Positions 1 through 8,789 are shown, numbered from the stretch's first letter. The stretch is 64,000 nucleotides of DNA from Vicinamibacterales bacterium (GCA_035547155.1 DASZVJ010000116.1:3607-67606), one strand, 5' to 3'. The notes: generated by a model not told the origin, from the letters alone. Made by a program: numbers and translations.

Positions 1-433
1 CGATCTGCGTGGCGAGCTCGCGCGTCGGCGCGAGGATCAGCGCACGGGTGACGCCGCGCGGCGCGCGGTAGCCTTCGCGGTTCTCGCGCAGCAGGCGCGA
101 CAGGATCGGCAGCAGATACGCCGCGGTCTTGCCCGTGCCCGTCTCCGCGCAGCCGATGACGTCGCGGCCCTCGAGCGCGTAGGGCAGCACCGCGCTCTGA
201 ATCGGCGTCGTCTTCTCGAAGCCACGCTGCTCGAGCGCGTCGAGCAGGTCCGTGTCGGTGATCAGGGAGCGGAACGGTACTGGCGCGGGATCGAACGACG
301 ACGACTCCCGCGTCGAAACCGGTGACGATGCGGAAGAAGACGAAGGACGTGACGTGCTGCGACCAGCGCCGGGGCCACGACCCCCGCGCCGCCGTCGGCG
401 TTGTGGTCCGTGGGATTTCGCGTCAGTGGTCAA
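1..433 (-). CDS. DEAD-box ATP-dependent RNA helicase, N-terminal part (gene runs off the window start)
   Basis: Hand translation of the minus strand gives FRSLITDTDLLDALEQRGFEKTTPIQSAVLPYALEGRDVIGCAETGTGKTAAYLLPIL...ALILAPTRELATQI. This contains the Q-motif, Walker A/motif I and motif Ia. The ORF is absent from the track because it is open at the edge. The start is set at an in-frame TTG at 433 because no ATG or GTG lies upstream of the Q-motif, so the start is uncertain. Confidence 0.8.
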   Translation of the reverse strand, partial: MTTDAKSHGPQRRRRRGGRGPGAGRSTSRPSSSSASSPVSTRESSSFDPAPVPFRSLITDTDLLDALEQRGFEKTTPIQSAVLPYALEGRDVIGCAETGTGKTAAYLLPILSRLLRENREGYRAPRGVTRALILAPTRELATQI

Positions 434-443
434 GGGCCGTGGG

Positions 444-662
444 CTAGCGAGCGCGGAAGGTGATGATGCCTCGAACCGGATCGTAGGGCGAGACGCCAAC
501 GGTGACGCGATCGCCCGGCACAACCTTGATACGGAAGCGGCGCATCCGGCCGCTCAACTGGGCCAGCACTTCGTGGCCCGAATCGACCTGGACGCGATAC
601 AGCCCGCCGCTGTGCACGGCGACGACGGTTCCCTGGACATCAATAAGGTCGTCCTTACTCAA
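444..662 (-). CDS. infA: translation initiation factor IF-1
   Basis: The C-terminal 72 aa of ORF 444..818 read (L/M)SKDDLIDVQGTVVAVHSGGLYRVQVDSGHEVLAQLSGRMRRFRIKVVPGDRVTVGVSPYDPVRGIITFR, a typical IF-1 S1 fold. The TTG start at 662 is preceded by GAGAGGA about 8 nt upstream. The longer track ORF would add an atypical N-terminal extension. Confidence 0.9.
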   Translation of the reverse strand: MSKDDLIDVQGTVVAVHSGGLYRVQVDSGHEVLAQLSGRMRRFRIKVVPGDRVTVGVSPYDPVRGIITFRAR

Positions 663-727
663 ATTCGCTGTCCTCTCAACACACAAGCATAGCATTGGCA
701 CGAGAAGGGGCCCCGTGGCCCGTGGAT

Positions 728-749
728 GGGCGGGCCCCCGTGCCCGCCC
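728..749 (-). terminator. GC-rich hairpin just downstream of the 754..3363 gene
   Basis: gggcgggc-ccccgt-gcccgccc forms an 8-bp perfect stem with a 6-nt loop. It begins 5 nt after the stop codon on the minus strand. There is no clear U-tract. Confidence 0.35.
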
Positions 750-753
750 GACG

Positions 754-3363
754 TCACCCTGAGAGCCCTTTGACCGCGTCCTCGACCTGCCTGGCCAGCG
801 CCGGATAGTCATCGCCATTCAGGCGCATCGGCGCGCCGAACGCGACACGGACGGGCCCCCGTTTGGGGAAGCGCATCTTCGGATGCAGCACGTTCTCGAG
901 GCCGTCGATGCGCACCGGCACGACCTGGACGTCGAGCTTCGAGGCGATCATCCCGATGCCCGGCATGAAGCGTCCGACCCCTTCATCTGAACGACGGCCT
1001 TCCGGAAAGATCAGCACGGAGTACCCGTCCGCGAGGACCTCGCCGATGTAGCGCAGCGTCTGCCGCGTGCCGGCTTCGCGTTGTGGCAGCGGAAACGCAT
1101 TGAAGAACTGACACGCCAGGTAGTAGTTGAGGCTGTTGGTGAACCACGCGCGCCGCGAGAACGCTTGCGGATTGAAATGCGCCTTGAAGAACTCCTTGGC
1201 CATCGCCGGCGCGACGCGATACCGCCAGCGCGCGGGCAGCGCGATCAGGATCGCCGGCGTATCCATGTGGCTTTGATGGTTCGCCGCGAAGATCACCGGC
1301 GTGCGCAGATCGCGCAGGTGCTCGAGGCCGCGCACGTCCATCTGCATGAAGAGGCGTCCGAGCGGCAGGATCCACGTCGGCAGGCTGATGCGGCGGATGA
1401 GCCATGACAGCCACGATCGATTCCACGACGGGAACGCGATCGGCTGATCGGCGGGACGCGGCGTCGCGGACGCGCGCGTCGCCGGTGCGTTCGACGCGGC
1501 GGATGACGACGTCGTCACCTCGTCTGATTTGAGCCGCGTTTCCAGCTCGCCCAGCGTGCGCGGGCCCGTGAGCGACGACTCGTCGAGCGTCGTGTGAAAT
1601 GCTTCCTCCAGCGCCATCATCAGCTCGACGCGATCGAGCGAGCTCAATCCCAGCTCATCCAATGTGGTTTCCGGCGTGAGCGCACGGCCAGCCGTGTAGC
1701 GGCCGACGATGTCGATGAGCGATGTGCCGGTGATCGCCGAAGCCGCCGGCGTTTCGCCCGCGGCCCACTGCTGGATCTGCCGGCGCTTGAGCTTCTGCGT
1801 GCCTTCGGTGCGCGGCAGCGAGTCGCCCGGCCACACCGACGTGCTCCAGACGCGCTGATGATCTTCGAGGTGCGCGTTCGCGCCGCGGACGATGGCCTGC
1901 GTGTCGGCGCCGGGCGCGAGCACGAGCACGGCGTGGATGCGCTCTTCGCCCTCGACCTTCAGGCCGACGACGGCCGCCTCCTTCACGCCGGGCTGTGAGA
2001 GCAGCGCACGCTCGACGTCTTCCGGAAAGACGTTGAGGCCCTGCGGCGTGACGATCATCTCCTTCTTGCGGCCTTTGATCAGCAGCCGCCCCGACGCGTC
2101 GAGCTCGCCGATGTCACCGGTGTGGAACCAGCCGTCCTTGAACGCCGCGTCGCTCTCCGGCGCGCTTGTCGTCGCCGCGCCTTCCGGCTTGTAGTAGCCG
2201 GACGTGACGTTCTCGCCGCGCACGAGGATCTCGCCGTCCGGCGCAATGCGGACTTCGACGCCGCCGATCGGCGTGCCGACCGTGCCTTTCGATGCGCGCA
2301 GCGGATGGTTCAACGTGACGATTGGCGCGGTCTCGGTCAGGCCGTAGCCCTGCACGACGAGGAATCCCAGCTTGCGCCAGAACGCTTCGAGATCGGGATC
2401 GAGCGGCGCGGCGCCGCAGACGAGACACCAGAACTTCCAGCCGAACAGACGATGGACGTGCCGATAGCGCCACCAGCGCCAGGCCCAGTGCTTGCCGACG
2501 AGATCGTCGGGGCCTTTCGTGTCCGGGGCCACGCGCTCGATGTGCTCGCGCAGCACGTCGAGCACCTTGGGCACGGACACGAGCACGGAGATGCGGCGCG
2601 ATTTGATCTGACGCAGGATCTCGACCGGACTGTAGCCGTGCGAGAAGACGACGGTGCCGGACAACATCGGTGGCACGAACGTCGCCATCGACTGGCCGAA
2701 CATGTGGCTCAGCGGCAGCAGGTTCAGAAAGCGGATCGGATGGAATGGCCGAGCGTACCGCAGGTACTTCTGCATCTCCCGTTCGATCGGGATGATGTTG
2801 GCGAGCACGTTGCGATGCGTGATCGTCACGCCTTTCGGATCGGCGGTCGCGCCGGACGTGAAGATGATCTCGGCGAGGGTGGACGGAGAAATTGGTTCCG
2901 GGGTTCTGAGGTTCTGGGGTTCCGAGGTTCGGGTTCCGGGGTTCCGGGTTCTACGGTTCTGCGCTGTGTCCGTGTCGATCTCCGCCAGCTTCCACACTGC
3001 GCCCGCCACATCCGCGGGCACCTGTACTTCGTCGCCGGCGAGCACGACCTTCGAAGAAACGATGTGCGTGATGCGTGAGAGCAGATCGGCAGACGCGCGG
3101 TAGTCGACAGGGACGAGCACGGCGCGCGCGAGCAGGCAGCCCCACAGCGCGACGACCCATTCGGTGCGGTTCTCGGACCAGATGACGACCTTGTCGCCCG
3201 CGCCGACGCCGGCGTCCGCCAACGTCGCCGCGAACGCGCGTGCCGCCACACCGACCTCGCGATAGCTCGTCTGCCGCACGCGATAGCCATCGTCGTGAAC
3301 GAGAAAGACGTCGTCGGTCTTCGAGTAGTCCTCGAAGAAATCGAGGAGCGTGTCGCGCGCCAT
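754..3363 (-). CDS. tri-domain acyl-AMP ligase / acyl carrier (PP-binding) / lysophospholipid acyltransferase (PlsC-type) fusion protein
   Basis: 869 aa. The N-terminal part has AMP-binding motifs (IIFTSGATADPKGV, GYGLTE, HTGDIG..GRKKEMI). The middle has LGLSSLDRVELMMALEE, a phosphopantetheine attachment-type motif. The C-terminal part has NHQSHMDTP (HxxxxD) and IFPEGRRS acyltransferase motifs. Confidence 0.85.
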   Translation of the reverse strand: MARDTLLDFFEDYSKTDDVFLVHDDGYRVRQTSYREVGVAARAFAATLADAGVGAGDKVVIWSENRTEWVVALWGCLLARAVLVPVDYRASADLLSRITHIVSSKVVLAGDEVQVPADVAGAVWKLAEIDTDTAQNRRTRNPGTRTSEPQNLRTPEPISPSTLAEIIFTSGATADPKGVTITHRNVLANIIPIEREMQKYLRYARPFHPIRFLNLLPLSHMFGQSMATFVPPMLSGTVVFSHGYSPVEILRQIKSRRISVLVSVPKVLDVLREHIERVAPDTKGPDDLVGKHWAWRWWRYRHVHRLFGWKFWCLVCGAAPLDPDLEAFWRKLGFLVVQGYGLTETAPIVTLNHPLRASKGTVGTPIGGVEVRIAPDGEILVRGENVTSGYYKPEGAATTSAPESDAAFKDGWFHTGDIGELDASGRLLIKGRKKEMIVTPQGLNVFPEDVERALLSQPGVKEAAVVGLKVEGEERIHAVLVLAPGADTQAIVRGANAHLEDHQRVWSTSVWPGDSLPRTEGTQKLKRRQIQQWAAGETPAASAITGTSLIDIVGRYTAGRALTPETTLDELGLSSLDRVELMMALEEAFHTTLDESSLTGPRTLGELETRLKSDEVTTSSSAASNAPATRASATPRPADQPIAFPSWNRSWLSWLIRRISLPTWILPLGRLFMQMDVRGLEHLRDLRTPVIFAANHQSHMDTPAILIALPARWRYRVAPAMAKEFFKAHFNPQAFSRRAWFTNSLNYYLACQFFNAFPLPQREAGTRQTLRYIGEVLADGYSVLIFPEGRRSDEGVGRFMPGIGMIASKLDVQVVPVRIDGLENVLHPKMRFPKRGPVRVAFGAPMRLNGDDYPALARQVEDAVKGLSG
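2894..2961 (+). repeat. array of about 9 GGTTC-core units (GGTTCYG/GGTTCTGA), copy A, inside the coding sequence
   Basis: The sequence is ggttccggggttctgaggttctggggttccgaggttcgggttccggggttccgggttctacggttctg. On the minus strand the host ORF reads it as NRRTRNPGTRTSEPQNLRTPEP. A near-twin array lies at 55849..55915. Confidence 0.8.
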
Positions 3364-3409
3364 GTGGCCTCATAATACAGACCGTTACACCCAACGGAGG
3401 ATTGGACCT

Positions 3410-4312
3410 ATGAAGCGAGTAGCGCTGTTCGTGGCGGCGATGGCGATCGCCGCGCCGGTGTTGGCCCAGCAGCCGGGTGCGCGCGGCGGCGGTCAGGCAC
3501 CGGCGATCGACGTGCCGTGGAACGACGCCATTCCGCCGGGCACCGTGGACCATGCGACGCGCGCGCTGAAGGAATCGCCGCGGCACGGCGAGTGGGTCGA
3601 CATCAAGATGGCGGACGGCACCGCGCTGAAGAGCTGGGTCGTCTATCCAGAGCGCGCGGACAAGGCGGGCGTCGTGCTCGTGATTCACGACATCTTCGGC
3701 ATGCGCGACCTTGCGCGCGCGCTCGGCGATCAGCTCGCGCAGGACGGCTTCATCGCGATTGTGCCGGACTTCTTGTCAGGAAAGGGTCCGAATGGCGGCG
3801 GAGCCGAGTCGCTCGGCACCGGCGTGAACCAGGCGATCTCGTCGCTGTCGCCGGCCGACGTCGTCGCGCGTCTCAACGCCGCGATGGAGTACGGCAGGAA
3901 GCTGCCCTCGTCGAACGGCAAGACGGGCGTCGTCGGATTCTGCTGGGGCGGATCGCAGAGCTTCAACTATGCGGCCGCGCAGCCGAATCTCGATGCTGCG
4001 GTCGTGTTCTACGGTCAGGCGCCGGGCACGTCGACGAATGACGCGACGGCGGATTCCGTGGCGACGTCGCTCGCGAACCTCAAAGCGCCGGTCCTCGGCA
4101 TGTATGCCGGCAACGACAACCGGATCGATTCGACGATTCCGGTGACCGAGGCCGCGATGAAGAAGCTGGGCAAGCCGTATGAGACGCACGTCTTCGAAGG
4201 CGCAGGCCACGGCTTCGTCTTCGCGCAGGCCGGCCAGAACGGCGCCAACCTGAAGGCCACGCAGGACGCCTGGCCGCTCGTGCTGCAGTTCTACCGCGCG
4301 CATCTCCAGTAA
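3410..4312 (+). CDS. dienelactone hydrolase family protein, secreted
   Basis: ORF 3350..4312. I chose the ATG at 3410 because GGAGG lies 10 nt upstream and the product then begins with the signal peptide MKRVALFVAAMAIAAPVLAQQ. DLH-like motifs are present: VLVIHDIFG, GFCWGG and a C-terminal GAGHGF. Confidence 0.8.
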   Translation: MKRVALFVAAMAIAAPVLAQQPGARGGGQAPAIDVPWNDAIPPGTVDHATRALKESPRHGEWVDIKMADGTALKSWVVYPERADKAGVVLVIHDIFGMRDLARALGDQLAQDGFIAIVPDFLSGKGPNGGGAESLGTGVNQAISSLSPADVVARLNAAMEYGRKLPSSNGKTGVVGFCWGGSQSFNYAAAQPNLDAAVVFYGQAPGTSTNDATADSVATSLANLKAPVLGMYAGNDNRIDSTIPVTEAAMKKLGKPYETHVFEGAGHGFVFAQAGQNGANLKATQDAWPLVLQFYRAHLQ

Positions 4313-4322
4313 CTGACATCGC

Positions 4323-4354
4323 GCGAACGGCGCCGTGTAATCGGCGCCGTTCGC
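4323..4354 (+). terminator. intrinsic-terminator-like hairpin after the dienelactone hydrolase gene
   Basis: gcgaacggcgccg-tgtaat-cggcgccgttcgc forms a perfect 13-bp stem with a 6-nt loop, 11 nt after the stop. The downstream T-tract is weak (ggctgtgtt). Confidence 0.55.
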
Positions 4355-4381
4355 GGCTGTGTTCCTGCCGCGCGAGCCGCT

Positions 4382-4981
4382 GTGATTGACGTCCTGCTGT
4401 TCGATCTCGGCGGCGTGCTCGTCGACTATTCCGGCGTCCGCGATCTCGCGTCGCTCCTGCCGGATCACCCGTCGGAACAGGACGTCCGCGCGCGTTGGAG
4501 CCGCTGTCAGCCGACGGAGGCCTATTGCCTCGGCCATCTGAGTCGGCAGCAATTCGGCGAGCGCTTCGTCGGCGAATGGAACCTCTCGCTGAGCCCGGAC
4601 GCGTTCCTCGGCGAGTTCCGCGCGTGGCCTCGTCGGCTGTTTCACGGCACGCCCGAATTACTCACCTCGCTGCGATCGCGGTATCGCGTCGCGATCTTGA
4701 GCAACTCGAACGAGCTGCACTGGGAGCGCATCATGGACGACCTCGGCGTCGCCGCGCTCTGCGACGTCGCGATCTCCTCGCACCACGTCCACCTCGCGAA
4801 GCCGGATTCTCGCATCTTTCTGGCGACCCTCGACCGGCTCGCCGTGCGGCCAGAGACCGTGATGTTCTTCGACGACGCAATCGCCAACGTCGAGGCCGCG
4901 AGGACGCTCGGTATGCAGGCTTGCCACGTCGCCGGCATCGACGACATCCGCGCGCATCTGACAGCGGCCGGCGTGTTGTAG
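4382..4981 (+). CDS. HAD-superfamily hydrolase (subfamily IA-like)
   Basis: The N-terminus MIDVLLFDLGGVLVDY is a HAD motif I-like DxG. The C-terminal FFDD resembles motif IV. The start codon is GTG. Confidence 0.7.
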   Translation: MIDVLLFDLGGVLVDYSGVRDLASLLPDHPSEQDVRARWSRCQPTEAYCLGHLSRQQFGERFVGEWNLSLSPDAFLGEFRAWPRRLFHGTPELLTSLRSRYRVAILSNSNELHWERIMDDLGVAALCDVAISSHHVHLAKPDSRIFLATLDRLAVRPETVMFFDDAIANVEAARTLGMQACHVAGIDDIRAHLTAAGVL

Positions 4982-4986
4982 CGCGG

Positions 4987-5601
4987 CTATCGAACTACGA
5001 GCCCCGCCGCGATCCGCTCGGCTTCCGTCTGCGAGTAATGTCCCGTGATCACCGCGGATGTGTCGATCGCGCTGCGGATCACAGGCGCGAGCGCCACGCG
5101 GCCGTCGATCAGGATCGCCAGCGGCTCGCCGATGTGATCGTCCGTGGCGCGACGCATCTTGTCCGCGCCTTCTGGCGTGAACGTCACCTCGACGCTGAAC
5201 TCCGATGACGAATTTCCCGGCACGACGACCGCGCTCGCAATGTCGGCATTCGTGACGATGGCTTGCTCGTCGAGATAGATGCGCCGACTGGAGGCTGCGA
5301 CGACGGCTTCGTGTCGATCGGAGGACGGCGTCGTCTCGGCGAGGCGCACTTCGAAGCGCACGGCCGCGGCCGAGACATTGACGGCGGGACTCGGCGCGAC
5401 ACGCCACCCGACGCCCGCCGCGACCACGAGCGTCGCCGCGGCGACGACCTGGACGAGCCATCGGCGCGACGGCCGCGCAGGCGCGCGACGCGCGGCGGCT
5501 GCAACGATCGCCGATCGCCGCGCCCGATGCGCGTGCGCGTCCCACGCCGGCTCGTCGCGCAGCGGATCGGCGTCACGAAGGATGTCTGTGAGTGCGCTCA
5601 T
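4987..5601 (-). CDS. single-pass anti-sigma-like protein with a SecD-P1-head-like periplasmic domain
   Basis: I start it at MSALTDIL (ATG at 5601), which overlaps the stop of the upstream sigma gene as ATGA. One TM segment is present (WLVQVVAAATLVVAAGVGW). The C-terminal region ...FTPEGADKMRRATDDHIGEPLAILIDGRVALAPVIRSAIDTSAVITGHYSQTEAERIAAGL resembles the SecD periplasmic head (xLAIvLDGxvxSAPxIxxxIxGGxaxIsGxFsxxEAxxLA). Confidence 0.6.
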   Translation of the reverse strand: MSALTDILRDADPLRDEPAWDAHAHRARRSAIVAAAARRAPARPSRRWLVQVVAAATLVVAAGVGWRVAPSPAVNVSAAAVRFEVRLAETTPSSDRHEAVVAASSRRIYLDEQAIVTNADIASAVVVPGNSSSEFSVEVTFTPEGADKMRRATDDHIGEPLAILIDGRVALAPVIRSAIDTSAVITGHYSQTEAERIAAGLVVR

Positions 5602-6152
5602 CGTGTCTCTCCTTTGGGGCTGTCGAGCATGCGCGCCAGATCGCGACGTCCGACGGACAGATGCCATCGCACGGTGATGGCCGTGATGCCGAGCAGCGCG
5701 GCGATGTCCGCGACGGTGCGCTCTTCGAGCTCGTGCAGGACGATGACCGCGCGGCGCCGCGGTGGCAGGACGTCGAGCGCGCTCCAAATCGCAGAGCGCG
5801 CGATCAGCGCTGATTCCTGATCCGGCGCGTGTCGAGGCGGCGACGTGTGCATGCGCGCGTCTGCGCGATTCCGGCTCGCCATTCGCCGCCACTGATCGCG
5901 GCGCAGGTTGACGAGCACGCGCACGAGCCAGGCCTCTTCGTTCGTGTGCCCCGTGGGAATCGGCCTCCGGGCCGTCGCGGCACGGAGAAACGTCTCCTGC
6001 ACCAGATCGTGCGCGTCGTCCGCATTGGCGACGAGCCGGCGTGCGAGGCGATAGAGACGGGCGTAGTGCGTGTCGAACAACGCCGCGAGGCGATCGGCGC
6101 GGTCACCCGCCACGTCGGCCGGCAGCGCTGCGGCGAGCGGATGTGCGTCCAT
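5598..6152 (-). CDS. ECF-type RNA polymerase sigma-70 family factor
   Basis: 184 aa. Region 2 (DAHDLVQETFLRA) and region 4 (LPPRRRAVIVLHELEERTVADIAALLGITAITVRWHLSVGRRDL) are recognisable. Confidence 0.85.
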   Translation of the reverse strand: MDAHPLAAALPADVAGDRADRLAALFDTHYARLYRLARRLVANADDAHDLVQETFLRAATARRPIPTGHTNEEAWLVRVLVNLRRDQWRRMASRNRADARMHTSPPRHAPDQESALIARSAIWSALDVLPPRRRAVIVLHELEERTVADIAALLGITAITVRWHLSVGRRDLARMLDSPKGETR

Positions 6153-6328
6153 GCTTTTCTAAACGCGAGTCTGCGTCCGATCGTTGGTTGCAGCGCCAAG
6201 TGCCATTCTGGCGAGTGGTTAGACCAGTTCGCTCGCGTGTTTTCGACCTCCCAGACAGGTCGATTTCGCTGTAGGCTAGAGCCCTCCGGAAATTCTTGAC
6301 GGCGCGCGCGCGTCCGAGGGGCAGACAT

Positions 6329-7672
6329 ATGTCGTTTGTGACGGGCCGATCGATTCCACGTCGAACGTTCCTGCGCGGGATGGGGACGGCTGCCATCGGC
6401 CTGCCGTTCCTCGACGCGATGTCGCCGGCGTTCGCCGCTGCGCCGAAGACGCCGGTGCGCCTCGCCTTCATGTACGTGCCGAACGGCATCGACATGAAGC
6501 ACTGGAACATCGAGCAGGAGGGCGCGTTCGGCGAGTTCCCGCGCGTCATGAAGCCGCTCGAGGCGTTCAAGAACGACATGCTGCAGATTGGCAATCTGAC
6601 GCACAACAGCGGACGCGCGCTGCTCGACGGCGCGGGCGATCACGGACGCTGCGCGGGCTCGTATCTCACCGGCATCCAGGTGAAGAAGACGACGGTCGAC
6701 ATCAAGGCGAGCGTCTCGTGCGATCAGATCATCGCGAACCACATCGGCAACGACACGCGGTTCGCATCGCTCGAGCTCGGCATGGACGACTCGCGCCAGG
6801 CGGGCGACTGCGACTCCGGCTACTCGTGCGCGTACACGAACAACCTCGCGTGGCGGAGCGAGACGCAGCCGCTGCCGCCGATTCTCGATCCGCGCGCGCT
6901 GTTCGAGCGGCTCTTCGGCGACGGCGCGGTCCTGAGCCCGGAGGAAAAAGCGCGGCAGGCGCGGTATCGCCGCAGCATCCTCGACTTCGTGATGTCCGAC
7001 ACGCACACGCTGCAGACGTCGCTCGGGCCGACGGACAAGCGGAAGCTGGACGAATATCTGTCGTCGATTCGTGAAGTCGAGCGGCAGCTCGAGAAAGCCG
7101 AGCGCGAGAGCGTCGTGATCGATCCCGGCATGCCGAAGCCGTACGGCGTGCCGCCCGACTTCGGCGAGCACTTCAAGCTGCTGAGCGGCATGCTCGCGAT
7201 CGCCTTCCAGGCGGATCTGACGCGCGTTGCCACGTTCCTGATGACGCGCGAGGGCACGAGCCGGTCCTATCGCGAGATCGGCATCTCCGACGGCCATCAT
7301 CCGTGCACGCACCATCAGGGCAAGCCGGATCTGATGGAGAAGGTGACGCGCATCAACGAGTACCACACGGCGCAGCTCGCTGGCTTCCTCACCACGCTGA
7401 AGTCGATGAAGGAAGGCGACTCGAACGTGCTGGACAACTCGATGATCGTGTACGGCGCGGGGCTTTCGGACGGCAACCGCCATCTGCACGAAGATCTGCC
7501 GACGCTGCTCATCGGCCGAGGTGGCGGCTACTTCAAGCCGGGCCGCCGCATCATCTACCGGAAGGAAACGCCGATGTGCAACCTCCATCTCACGCTGATG
7601 GATCGCATGGGCGTGCACCTCGACAACTTCGGCGACGCGTCCAGCCCGCTCGATCCCGCGAGCCTGACCTAG
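6329..7672 (+). CDS. DUF1552 domain protein with a twin-arginine signal
   Basis: ORF 6296..7672. The ATG at 6329 gives MSFVTGRSIPRRTFLRGMGTAAIGLPFLDAM, which is Tat-like. The overall sequence (FMYVPNG..., HHPCTHHQG, GAGLSDGNRHLHEDLP) is typical of DUF1552. Confidence 0.75.
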   Translation: MSFVTGRSIPRRTFLRGMGTAAIGLPFLDAMSPAFAAAPKTPVRLAFMYVPNGIDMKHWNIEQEGAFGEFPRVMKPLEAFKNDMLQIGNLTHNSGRALLDGAGDHGRCAGSYLTGIQVKKTTVDIKASVSCDQIIANHIGNDTRFASLELGMDDSRQAGDCDSGYSCAYTNNLAWRSETQPLPPILDPRALFERLFGDGAVLSPEEKARQARYRRSILDFVMSDTHTLQTSLGPTDKRKLDEYLSSIREVERQLEKAERESVVIDPGMPKPYGVPPDFGEHFKLLSGMLAIAFQADLTRVATFLMTREGTSRSYREIGISDGHHPCTHHQGKPDLMEKVTRINEYHTAQLAGFLTTLKSMKEGDSNVLDNSMIVYGAGLSDGNRHLHEDLPTLLIGRGGGYFKPGRRIIYRKETPMCNLHLTLMDRMGVHLDNFGDASSPLDPASLT

Positions 7673-7694
7673 CCTTCACGCGGAGCTCGACGGC

Positions 7695-8789
7695 ATGCAA
7701 GCGGGACGCGGCACCGCCAAGCCGCCAATCGGCATCGCGCTCGACGGCGATCTCGGCGCGCGCCTCGACGCGCTGCTGGCGATTGCGATGCTCAATGGCC
7801 TCGCGTCGAAAGGTGAGGCGCGCAAGATCGCGGTCTGCATCTCGCGCTCGAGCCTGAAAGCCGCACAGCTCGCCGACGTCGCGACCGCGTTCTACAGCGG
7901 CCGTCCGCTGCCGGGGCCCGGCGGCGCCGTCGGCGGCAATCCCGACACCATCATCGGCATGCCGGACGGTCCGTCGTTCGCGACGGACAATCCGCCGCTG
8001 GCCGCCGTCCTGTCGCAGAAGGCCGCTGACGGCACGCCGCAGTATCAGAGCGCCGTCGCGACCGCGCTCGACACGGCCGACGATGCCGTGCTGATCCGGA
8101 ACATGCTGCTGGCGCAGAACGACGGCAACGCGGCGATCGTGCTGGCGGGGCCTGCGTCGGGCCTCGCGCGTTTGCTCGCGCTCTACGGTTCGAAACCGCA
8201 GATCGCGACGAAGGCCGCGCGGCTCGTCGTTGCCGTCGGTGCGTTCCCGTCAGGACCGCCGGACGCGGCACTCGCGAGCGATGTCGCCGCCGCGCGCAAA
8301 GTGTTCGCGGAATGGCCGACGCCCATCGTCGCCGCCGGCGCGGAGCTCGGTGCCGCGCTGCCGTATCCGGGCGCGAGCATCGAGTCCGACTTCGCCTGGT
8401 CGAAAGCGCATCCGATTGCCGATGCGTATCGCGCGTTCAAGCCGATGCCGTACGACGCGCCGGCGAGCGCGCTCGCGGCGCTGCTCTATGCCGCGCATCC
8501 CGACGAGGGCTTCTTCAAGCTGTCGGAGCCAGGCACGATCGCTGTGCTTGACGATGGCCGCACGCAGTTCACGGCGAGCGCAGAGGGCCAGCATCGATAT
8601 CTGATTGCGGATCCGGCGCAGACCGATCGCGTGATCAAGCTGTACCGAGGCCTGGTGTCCGCGCCGCCGATGCCGCGTGCCGTGCGCGGTGGACGCGGCA
8701 ATGCGGCGGCGCAGCAACAACAGCAGCAGCAACAACAACCGCCGGCTCAAGCGCCGAAGCCGGACGGGATCAAGCCGCCAACGCCGTGA
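7695..8789 (+). CDS. hypothetical protein, weakly inosine/uridine nucleoside-hydrolase-like, with a poly-Q/Pro-rich tail
   Basis: 364 aa. The segments IGIALDGDLGARLDALLAIAML, AAIVLAGPASGLARLLAL...RLVVAVGAF and DVAAARKVFAEWPTPIVAAGAELG parallel the IU-nucleoside hydrolase layout, but the DxDxxxDD calcium/ribose motif is not intact. The protein ends AAAQQQQQQQQQPPAQAPKPDGIKPPTP. No signal peptide is evident. Confidence 0.5.
   Translation: MQAGRGTAKPPIGIALDGDLGARLDALLAIAMLNGLASKGEARKIAVCISRSSLKAAQLADVATAFYSGRPLPGPGGAVGGNPDTIIGMPDGPSFATDNPPLAAVLSQKAADGTPQYQSAVATALDTADDAVLIRNMLLAQNDGNAAIVLAGPASGLARLLALYGSKPQIATKAARLVVAVGAFPSGPPDAALASDVAAARKVFAEWPTPIVAAGAELGAALPYPGASIESDFAWSKAHPIADAYRAFKPMPYDAPASALAALLYAAHPDEGFFKLSEPGTIAVLDDGRTQFTASAEGQHRYLIADPAQTDRVIKLYRGLVSAPPMPRAVRGGRGNAAAQQQQQQQQQPPAQAPKPDGIKPPTP

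Noticed and set aside
2894-2961. GGTTC arrays (also 55849..55915) considered as a CRISPR array or minisatellite VNTR.
   Set aside because: The unit length is only 6-9 nt with no spacers, so this is not CRISPR-like. There are no cas genes in the window.
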